Shown here: positions 26,624 through 37,552 of the stretch, piece after piece
Numbering within the stretch: the stretch's first letter is position 1
How the letters are laid out: each line of letters starts with the position of its first letter
DNA from: Perna viridis
Taxonomy: Eukaryota
Direction of reading: 5' to 3'
Length of the DNA stretch: 64,000 bases
Assembly (NCBI GenBank): GCA_037379345.1
Contig: CM074511.1
Coordinates: 20,708,001-20,772,000, forward strand
Program-made: the position numbers and the translations under genes
The notes under the pieces: generated by a model
What the model saw: only the letters and a program-made list of their open reading frames with translations
Databases searched by the model: none
Told to the model about the DNA's origin: nothing

Positions 26624-28709
26624 CTAGTAAGGTGCTGAAAAGAAAAGAAAATTCAAAATGATAAATTAAGCAAGGATGAAAAGGTCTCGAGAGTTTGCAA
26701 TGACAATTTACTACATTTCTTTAAAAAAAACTTGATTTAATTCCATTCTTTCTACAATGTACTTAATAGATACTTGCCTCTGTATGGCATCGTGTGTCCA
26801 CTGTGTATGGTATGGACTGTACGTGTGGGCTGTACAATTTTTGTCTTTTTGCAGCAACATTGATGTATTAATAGTATAACGACTATGAGAATTAACAAAC
26901 ATGCTACACCTCCAATAACTCCACCAGCTATAATAGGTATAGATCTAAAATATAAAGGTAGATAACTCATCATAACTTTTTTCATTTCTGTGTATCCATG
27001 TTATTTCAAGGAAAAAATCAAAGGAACCAAGATTTTAACAGAAATAAAAAAGAACCTAATCCAACAAACACACGAAAAATAAAAACAAAATAAAACGCGC
27101 TTAGAATTAAAGTAAACAAGCAACCCGGATACCACTAAGACAAGGAGCATTCTTGTCCGTGTTTTTAATTCATTTATTTTGGTTTTCTTCATTTTAACTT
27201 GTTTTGTTCATTAATGTAAAAAATTCTATCATGAACGATAAATGATATAGTAATTCTCAATCTTAATTATGTTTGCAATCTGAAATGGATCATTAATTTA
27301 GCAAGTTTTTGTGATAAATATTTTTCTACTTCATTCTACTTCTTGCGTCATGTAATTCAAATTATTTAAATTGGCATTATTCTTTATTCGTAGTAGTATA
27401 AATTAATTCACTGAAAATCGTTCTTTGGTTTCATTTACCTTTTGAACCAAGTAATCTATGCCGTAATAGGCCTTTTTTCAATAATAGTTGCCTGAATATA
27501 ACTGAAATATTGCTGCTCGGGCGTTAAACCCCAACAATCAATCAATCAATTATAGCGTACGAGACTATCCTACTTACATATACGTTGTACATGTATCGTC
27601 ATAGTAACTACTCTGATAATATTGCTGGGTATAATAACATGTTTTGCCCAAAACTTCTGAAATAAAATAAATCTCATTATAGGAGCTGTTTACTATATTT
27701 ATTGAAGCTGTCCTTGAGACCCTACTTAATCGACGTGTCAGAGTTTTCTTTTCCTCTTTCGTCTACCCCGGACTTGACTTGTTATGAACTTCTCAGGGTG
27801 TTTCTAGAAAAGCAAAGAAATCTTATCCTACCGACGCACTACACATGCAAATATTTTTCACATGAAATTCGCGTTAATCGAGCTTCACATGAAATTCACA
27901 TGAACTTCACATGAAATTAACGTGATTTTCACGTGAAATTCACTTAACACGAATTGCATGTGAACAATTCACGTGAATTCTACGTGAAGGCTTGATTCAC
28001 TCGAATTTCAGGTGAACTCTGTCACAAAGTTTATTTGCTCAATTCGGGTGAAAATCATGTGAAATAATTTTGCCTGTGTATGCTCTTCGTTTTTAGTGGA
28101 ATCCGAGTTGCTCATTTACTTTTGTTGCTTTGAACATATTATCTTGGTTATTTTATGTTCTTTGTTATGTGTGTCTGTTTTCTATGTCTGGACTTTGTCC
28201 CTGGAATATAGTCTTCTGATTTCCGATATAATATTGGTTCTCCTTGATTATTCTTCCAAACTCATCTTTTTTTGTATTTTATAAACCATACTCGTAAAAT
28301 CTGAGAGCCTTGATGACAAAACTTTTTATAGATACATAAGTAGTTACAACTGCAAAGCTTACCGTTAAAAACTAGAGTTACAAAATAGTCATCATTTGCC
28401 ATAAGTAGCAGTCGGATTAGCTGGGTCCGGTAAGTTTTACCGTTTTAAGAAAATCCTTTGTGAGCAAAATCATACCGATTCAGCAAGCTGAGGTAGAAAT
28501 GAACAATGATTCGTTAATTTAAAAAAAGAAGTCATTTAGTACTTCGTCTTTATTTTACATATTTTAGCACTTGTTTTCATACTCTTTAACTTCATCACTA
28601 CAGGATTTATTCAATCTTTATGGAATTAAAGTTAAAGAAACTTACCACATGTTAAAACGATTAACATCCAAACAATGCAGTGTATAAAACCATTATAATT
28701 CTGTATCAT
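26624..28709 (-). CDS. CYYR1/Shisa-like single-pass membrane protein, paralog C, short-tailed (~106 aa)
   Basis: Exons 28709..28646, 27656..27578, 26944..26778, 26634..26624: MIQNYNGFIHCIVWMLIVLTCEVLG-KTCYYTQQYYQSSYYDDTCTTYI-SIPIIAGGVIGGVACLLILIVVILLIHQCCCKKTKIVQPTRTVHTIHSGHTMPYR-APY*. Intron phases match paralog B (1,2,1). The last intron has a GC donor (AG|GCAAGT), so the last exon is less certain. Confidence 0.8.
27455..27550 (+). mobile_element. 5'-truncated S1 retroposon 3' end (intronic)
   Basis: GCCTGAATATAACTGAAATATTGCTGCTCGGGCGTTAAACCCCAACAATCAATCAATCAAT, nearly identical to 42777-42841. Confidence 0.75.
27840..28080. mobile_element. TA-flanked MITE with internal TTCAC(A/G)TGAA repeats, inserted into an R1 copy
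   Basis: TA-CACATGCAAATATTTTTCACATG ... CATGTGAAATAATTTTGCCTGTG-TA. R1 sequence resumes on both sides. Confidence 0.75.
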
Positions 28710-31416
28710 GACCAGTATAAGAATATTTCGGTATTTATTATTTACGCCAATGGAGTAAGCAATTCACGATGTAAATAGATCAATAAACTTTCATGAAGAT
28801 GGGTGGTTTCAGGTAAATTTAAATGTATGTCACAAGGTTAAAATACCTGAATAGTTCTTTGGATATAAATATTTTGGGCCCAATTATATTTTCTTTTCAA
28901 TGAACTTCTTAGGGACCAAGTAGAAACATAAACTTTGAAAGCTTATTAGCTTTGACTTAATTGAAACTTGCTATCATGCTATTAATATGAAAGTATTTAA
29001 AAGTATAGACTATTTAAATGACCATGGGTACATGATGTAATTAAGATTTCAGGTGGGGGGGGGGGCGTTAAAAGAATTAAATGCCGAACGAAGTTTGGGA
29101 AAAAAACAAAAAGAAATGAAAGCAGAATTTGTGAAAAGTTATGATTTCAAAATATTTCAAAAAACATAATTTTTCTCAATTTTAGGGTTAGGCGTATCCC
29201 CGGCACGCCCGTCCTAGGATCCGCGCGTTATTCTCGTATTTAAATCCGTTTAGACCAAAATGAGAATGTAAACAGAGAATATCAAAGTGCATATATTTCT
29301 ATTGACAACGTTGAATGTAATAAAATCGAATAAGCCATAAAATATGTTGATAAAGAAATTTTAAAGTGAAGACTTAAGCTTTATCAGATATTTTCTGTCA
29401 GCCATTGACAACTGATCTTATATGCAAAAGGTGTTCTAGTTTTGTAAATACAAACATTTGGTAAGATAAAAGATTGCCTATATATTCTTATGATACATGT
29501 ATAATTAATTGTACTCAGTTTATTCATGTACAGAAGGCTATGCTGCATGATCAAGGTACATGATTTTTTTTAAGTATTTCTAGGTCAAAGTATAAAAAAA
29601 TAAGATGTAAATTTAACTGGTGCGACATCCACCATACCCCCAATAAGATCGAGGAGGAACCTGTGTGCGCTGATAGATCTATCAAAATCTTGACAAAAAG
29701 CATGGTGTATTAAAATTCAAAATTTTAAAACGAAAATGAAAATAGAAATACATATATATGTTTTTAAAATGCTTACATATAACTGTATATAGTCAAACTG
29801 CATACGTGTCTGAATAAGTAGGTCGATCATTATGAATCACCAGGGGTGGATCTGGAAATTTTGAAAAAGTTCTATCATTTCCCTTATTAATGCTCAAATG
29901 CACACAATTAAAGAAATTTCAAAATGAGGGTTTCCAATCCCCGAATCCTCCTGGATTATCCAATAAATGCTTGAAATGGTGTGTCCGTTTTCGTCAGAAT
30001 TAGAAAAAAAACTAATTTCTTTAGTAATAGTAAAAGTTCGTAGTTCTATTTCCAAACGCAAACGAACTGGCACCAAGCATAAAATACGCAGATGCAGTTA
30101 ACATAGAAAAGTAAATGAGCAACTCAGGATTCCTTCTACATGTAATACCTGAAGTCAAGACAGATGCTCTGTTAAGGTAGGTTCTTTCTGTTTTCCTTGA
30201 CTTGAATCATTCACCTAATTAATTGATAATTTTTAGCACGTCAAAGGGGGAAAAATATGACGAAACGTTAAATAAACACAAAATATCGTTCGCCAATGTG
30301 ATTGCATTTTCTGTCCTGTCTGAACGGAATAATATCACAGATCATATAAGTATAGAAATTTGCAGTATCACAAAATTCAACACCCATAAAACACTGTGGC
30401 TTAATTCCTCGTTATTTCGTCGTGCTGGATTTGACTTCCTATTTCTATGTTTTTGGTTTTGAGTATATGTTGTTTCCAATTCGTTTTAATTATGATCTAA
30501 TTAATTAATTGGTTCTATTGCTGATAATTATGAGGTTTACTCTTAGAAACACGTGTACAGGTACAGTAAACCGAAATTTACAATAATCGTATGATTGGCA
30601 TTTTTGTGTTTTGAGTTATGGCCGCCTCTTTTCAAAATACATATTCATTTCCAATATTTTATGAGTGATACATTGTTCTGATGTTCAAAGGTCAATTTAA
30701 TATGTAACTAAAACAAGTTCTTTAATTGTGAGTATGTGTCGTGAGATGATTTATGTAGTCAATACGTAAATATTACAGATATCAAAAAGTTTGTGTCTCC
30801 AATGTATCATATAGTTAAAGATAAGAAGCAGATTCCATGGTGTCGTAAATAGATAGAGAATTGTTCAGTGACAACAATATATAATGATATGCATTGCCAT
30901 CAATCTTTTAAACAACGAGGACGTGTTTTACAGTGAAACTCATCTAAACTGAACCCCTTTCGTACATTTGTAAATAAAAATTGCGCAATTGCTCGGTTCA
31001 ATAAACGAAGGTTAAAAATGCACTACAATTTTATAAACGAACTTTAAGTATCTAATTTGGAAGAGTTTTCGTATTCTTCATCGGTTAGACAGGTTTCACA
31101 GTATTGTTATGTAACGGAATATATTGATGGATACACTATTTCAAACTCATTAATAAAACTTTTGACATCTTGCAACGTTCAAACAAATACAATGAAAGAG
31201 TGACAACTAGCAGTTCAATTTTATTTCAGGTTATTCTATACACATTCTACACAATTCTTGAAAAAAAACCTACAAATTATCTTAATCAATTAAACCCAAA
31301 CTTTGATTAACTACATGTTTTATAGTACATGTAGTCTGGTGCTATTTGGTTGTTCGGTAGACATACGTCAATGTAACATAGATGAATGACTTGTGTCCTA
31401 TTTTTGATCAATTGTC

Positions 31417-34400
31417 CTACACATACATCGGAGGTAATAACACAGAATCAATCACGTGGTAGACACCATTCATGACGGCTTGATCTGCTACAACCACTTT
31501 TGCCTGGTTAACCATTACACCACCTATTATTAAAATGATATTTGTTTCTTATTTTATCGTACAACAGTATTGTTAGTAGGACCGCTCGTCGTTCCGAGCA
31601 ACCGTAGTGTGCGAGTTATGCGTTAGGTTATTAATGAATTTCGTGCTTAATTTTTGTTTTATTTGTGTTTTTTTTCTTTGTTTCTGGTATGTTTTGTCTA
31701 TACTGGTATCCCCTCTTTCGATTTAAGGTATTCTTACATTTATATTAAGTCTAGTTATTTCCATTATTCCTGTGACTTTTTTTAAAGATCCAGGAAATTC
31801 ATTTTGTGACATAAGGTAAGGTTAGATTAGTATATCATTATTACTATTATCATTGGATACAGTAATCTGTCAAACTTAATCTCCCTACTTAACACTGAAA
31901 AGGATGCCTTCAGATATCTTTTAGATCTAACGTGTATGTGTTACCTGAACCCAATCGGATTGTAATTGGTTTGCCCTCTATAGTGTTTGGAGTCATATTG
32001 TCCTCAAGCCCAGCGCTATAGAATGTCCCTGAAACAATGTGATATGTAAGGACGTCTGTGAGAGCCGTCACATTCTGCAGCAGATGGTCGAGTGTCCCTG
32101 GTGGAAGTTTGGAGAATGCTTCATTTGTAGGGGCGAATAGAGTAAATGGTCCTGAACCTAAAATAGATGTATCATGATTAACAAAGTTTGAACTCATAAC
32201 ATCGTTGATGTTTCTTTGTAAAATCTGAAAGAAGAGTAAACTATACAATCTAATGAAAAAAGGTCTGTTGTTTGTGCGCATTATGTTATTATTTTAGTAA
32301 AGTTTCCCAGATTTTTTATTATATTGCTGCTCGGGCGTTAAACGAACAAACAAATAGATTTTTTATTAACTTTTGCGTCAATTCTGACTTTATTAACTAG
32401 GGTGTGGGTTGAAACATGTTCTTTCACATCTCTTTTAAAAATACCTTTAAAGTTATATTTGTTTATTGGCAAAATACCAATTATATATGGCAAATTTCGT
32501 TATTATGTACAAGTGTTTCAAGGAGTAACCTCTCATCAGCAGCATTAGAATAAAATATATTGGAAAATCTAAATCCGAAATACATTGTATACAAGTACTC
32601 AAACCTAAAACTACGGAAATAGGAAGCCAAATCCATCACTGAGAGGTTCTACCATTTGCTATACAAGGAATGAAGCCTCAGTGTTTTAGGTATTTTGAAA
32701 TTTGTAATACTGTAACTATTTATTTGGGTACGCTACGTGCTATCCTGGTAACAATGACATGTGTCTAAACTAACTCGCATCGTAAATTTACCAGTCTGTT
32801 TGAGACTCGTGAAAAAACAGCCAAGGACGTTACTACCCAACGCCGCACATTTATAAAAGGGTGCATTACAAGACATACCAGAGAGAGTTGTAGCAAGCTT
32901 TGCAGCAGTTACTGCCTTCACTAATGTGGTAAGGTTGGACTCCTTAACAACAGTGGACACCAGGTCAGCTAATGGTAATGGAAACATTACCCTGTTGATC
33001 ACGTGGATAACTCCATTTGATGCCTTTTGGTCAGGTAGAACAACTGGACTTCCTGTTGCAGTGATAAGCTGAAAAAGATAATCGAATCTGACGTAGATCG
33101 GGTTACATTTTCTATATTTCAACCTCAATGACAGCTACATTGTACATCGTCCTAAGGTGAAGAATCTAACTAATTGTATTTGGCAGCACCGAAGAGATAA
33201 AAAAGGTAAGGAACTACAGTTGTCAATATGTCTGTTTTTACATTCCGAAATCTATCTGCAATGACATTCTGGAACGATTTCAGAATTTATACGTAAATAA
33301 GAAATTAGTCAAGTTGAAAAAAGACCATTGGAGGGGAGATAATCCTAGTGCAGATTTTATAGCAATAAAAACAATTACGAATTTAATCTTTTATTTTGTT
33401 TTTAAATAAAAAAACATTCTCACTTAAAAAAAACCTACATGTTCTTGCGTGGGTTTTTTTATAAAGAAGTTTCTAAACGATTTGGTGTTTGCTCCATAAA
33501 CTACTTTTATATTGATCTATTACAAAATTAAAATTTCGTTAATATTTCATTCTTTATTTCATACATGTAATTTATCACATTGAAGCGCGTTAAGCATACC
33601 TTTTTATCATGATAGATATTTATTCTTATATCAGCAGCTGTATTAAGAGTAGGTACAACCATTTCATTTTTCAAAGAAGTTGAGAGTACTTCTCCCTTGA
33701 CTACATGGAATTCCAGTACCCGGGCCAACAGTTCCTTGTCCTTCTTGAGAGCATCCACCACTGGTTCAGGAAGCCTGGCAAAAGCGTCATTTGATGGTCC
33801 GAATACTGTGAAAGGGCCTTGAATATATAATCATAGTGTTATCTACAAATGGGGACGTGAATACCAGACATTTCATTACAAGGACAGCTTAATTATTTTC
33901 AGGGTAGAAATAATCCACATTTTTGTATGGGTTAACCTGACATTTCATAACAAGGACAATGTAATTAATTTCAGGTAGAAATATATTTTAAAATACAATC
34001 ATAAAATACAACCCATGATTTGACTTTTTATGAGCAGCTCGGCGGGTGTTTCTAGAGTAGCCGAGGACGCTTACCTTACCGGTGCACTTGGTCCATGCTC
34101 CCAGGTTTAGTACAGTTTATTTAAGAGATTTAAGAAGTTTAATAAAAAGAATATGTTTCATCAATCAAGATTGATTGATCTCATTAATCAAGATTGATCC
34201 CATTGGTTCAGCATATATCGTCTACTGCTAAACTGTACATCGAGTTTGAAATGCTATTACTTATCAATGCGACCAATGTTGATAGAATTTTTTTTAATCT
34301 TACCTCCATTGGCTAAGGTATCTGCAAGTCCAGCATCTTGTACAAATTGCACAAGGGTTGTTGCTCCAAGTTTCTCAGCTAATTGTACTAAATTGTCACA

Positions 34401-34463
34401 GAGACATGAAGGAATCACGATTAAAGCTGTAACTATTATCAATTTGAACGAAAACAGTTTCAT
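31417..34463 (-). CDS. Secreted two-domain fasciclin-1 (FAS1; TGFBI/periostin-like) protein, paralog 1, 295 aa
   Basis: Exons 34463..34304, 33817..33600, 33068..32879, 32157..31945, 31523..31417 (888 nt, in frame). Signal peptide; FAS1 H1 motifs GPFTVFGPSNDAF and GPFTLFAPTNEAF; FH/YH motifs; H2 motifs NGVIHVINRVM and NGVYHVIDSVL. Confidence 0.93.
32322..32355 (+). mobile_element. 34-bp S1 retroposon tail insertion with 13-bp TSD
   Basis: TATTGCTGCTCGGGCGTTAAACGAACAAACAAAT flanked by the direct repeat AGATTTTTTATTA (32309-32321 and 32356-32368). Confidence 0.85.
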
Positions 34464-35342
34464 CTTTCAACAAAATGGTGATGAATTGACAACTTTTACA
34501 AACCGTATATACTTATGAAGTGATAAAATGTATATAACTATTGATTCGTTTTCTGAGTTTTTATATGGTTTAAAACCGGTGATTTGTGAAGTCACCGGGT
34601 ATATTTAGTGGGACTTGACCGGAACGTGACCACTTTAAGAATCACGTGAGTATATAAATTATGCAACATAAGAAATGCAGAATACAGCAAAGGTTTTATC
34701 CCAGATTTTTAACATAATATTAAAATAATGCAAACTAAGTGCTATTTCGCCTTAACAAATAATTTCCAGGTGGTTGCATTTTATTTGACATAGCAGAGGA
34801 CATTCATTGTATAGTACATTGTGTTTACATAAATCTTTTTAAGTGTGTTATATTTATCCCGTCATGGGATTTTAATCTTCCTGTGTACTTAACTGGACAA
34901 TGATGTAGCATGTCAATATAACTCCTTTCACATGACTTTCCTTTATATAAAATTTGATAACAAACACAAAGCATATGTATAGTTACGTACATGGCTGATC
35001 CAAAAATTCCAAAGAGGAGACCCACTGCACTTTGAATAGCCCAGGAGCGGTTACTAGTGTGTGAATTCCTTGTAATCAGCCGATCTTTTTGAACGAAAGG
35101 GTGCCCTTGGTCCCTTCCCCTTAGTTTTATACAGAAAACACAAGATTAAGTTGAATTAAGTCAGAAGGATGCATAGGAAAATATTATCACATTGTAAAAA
35201 ACCGTAAACCACAAGATCAGTTTAATGTTCATTCGACTGAAACAATAACATGCAACGGAGAAAAAAATATAGCAGTTGGTTTCAACAAGGGTCATGTTGT
35301 TAATGGCTCGAGGTGACTTTGCAACTATACTATGACCCGTGA

Positions 35343-36418
35343 CAGGCGCGTAGCTAGGCGGAAGCTCGGAAGTAAGAGCTTCCACATAGTTTTGTCAAAT
35401 ATCAGATATAATTACGATGTAAATATGTTTGCCTCTGAAACCCTTTAAACTTGGTTACAAAATTTAAATTTTTGCCTGTCAATCATAAATGTCGTCCGCG
35501 TTTGATGAAGACATCAAAGAACTATAAAATCCATACAGTATAAATCGATTCCGATGGCTCGCAATGTGCAATTTCTTCTCACTTTAGTCTTGATTCATCG
35601 ATTTGAACAGTTTTATATTAATTTAATTCGATTTACACGGTAAGTTGATAATGCAACGAAATACTAGTATTGACAGTTAAGAAATGATCTAAATCCATTT
35701 ATGCTTCCAAAGCCGGTGAACCTATTGACACTTCAAGTGCCGATAAAGACATTTCAACTCCTCAGTATGGTCACATCTGCAATTGAGCTGCTCAACTTCA
35801 GAGTAGAAGACGACGCTGACCTGGATCAGACTCATATTGAACTGTATTTCATTTCGATGTTTCTGTCACAAGTATACTAGAGTCAATTTTCTAGCTCTCT
35901 TCTTACATTATTAAATATAATGATCCAGTTTTTCTAGGGTTAAATTTTAGGAAAACGAGAAACTCTCGTACGTTTGAGATTGAGAAACCTTAGTCACACG
36001 AGTACTATGTAGAAAATGTTCTTAAACCCATGTAGATACAATTAACGCTTATCCGAAATAAGAAATCTTGTCACTGTGCATGTCAATTTTGCATTCTTTT
36101 TTATAATATGTTTTATGATCATGAGGTAATGATAATTATTTTGGTGAATCAGTGTATGTTATTTTCCTCGTGTCCATTATTATTCATTTAGCGTATACTA
36201 GTATACCACAAAAAGGTGTAAATACTGGTAAGTTTTGGACACAAGATTTTATATCTCCAATTAACGAAAACTCCAGAGCTTCTAAGGAGTTCTGGCCCTG
36301 CACCCTCCCCCAAACTAGGATTTTGTCCTGCATCTACGGTGGGGGGAGGGGCTGAGCGACCCCCGGATCCCTTGCCGTGATGAGCTTCCAAATGCATCAA
36401 TCCTTGGCTACGCCCATG
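35343..36418. mobile_element. Non-autonomous TIR element between the FAS1 paralogs
   Basis: Ends CAGGCGCGTAGCTAGG / CCTTGGCTACGCCCATG are imperfect inverted repeats, flanked by the direct repeat CCGTGA (35337-35342, 36419-36424). Confidence 0.65.
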
Positions 36419-37552
36419 CCGTGACTGTCTTCCTGCTTTTCTGCCATTCCATCATTCTGTGAGAAACACTATTTCTTCATTTGTTTTATTCGTTTTGTAT
36501 TTTGTATGTGAGTGTATACAGAATATTGACAAGTTTAATTGTTCAATTTAATCATTTGCTGAAGGTTACAGGCTACCAATTGCATCATCAATATGGAACG
36601 TACGGGAAAAAAGTCCTACCAAAGGTACCAAGTAGTCCCTTTTACACGCCATTATAAAAAGGTAGACACTATTTTTTTTAATTAATGAACTTTTTTCAAA
36701 AGGGTGATTTTATTCTGATAATTTTATAACCAAAGTAGGTTGCCTCAGACTTAAATAAACTAAATTGATGAAACTATAAATACTATTAGTGTAAAGATTG
36801 ACTAAATAAAGTTTTTAGGATTCCCCAGGCTATTTTTAGGGTAAATGAGTTCCGAGTGTCAGTGCTTCACTGTAAGGTGGTAAACCCCTTGCGAAATTTC
36901 GAGGGACATAGCAGTACATGTGTGTGTTTCAGGTGATATATGGTTTTGGTTAGGTTAAACTAAAGGTAAACTACTGAGGCTCCCTGAAAATGAGCAAATT
37001 AACATAGAGAGTAATGGGAATCTGAATTAGAATTTGTGGTTTGTAACCTGAAGCATTACGGAACTTTTAAAAAGTTTTCAAAGGGTGTCATCCCTAGGCT
37101 TGGGAACTTTTTTCACAAGTAAGTATTGAGTTGTATTGGGGATTAGAGTTTTACATAATTTTCTGCAACTTTTGTGTTTTTTGACTTACAATTAGAGGTC
37201 TTTTAATTATAATAATTCATCAAAACATATATGAATGGCATCTCTGCAACATCAGAACTTTATTTTGTACATTCTGTAAGTGCGTGTACCTTGTTGTAAG
37301 CAAAGCGTATTTAGGTTCTGTACAAAACTATAGTTTGTGGTCTTGATTATATTAATTATAAGCAATGAATGCAGTCAAGTTTGATATGCACAAATATATG
37401 CACCATTCCTACTTTCATAATCAAATATTTATACAATAACTCCATCTTTACAACAGCAATTTTATTTACTAATAAAAATGTAATAATGTAATATGTACAT
37501 GTATTAATGGTAACAACAAATAAAATATTTACAATATATTGCATATCAGAGT

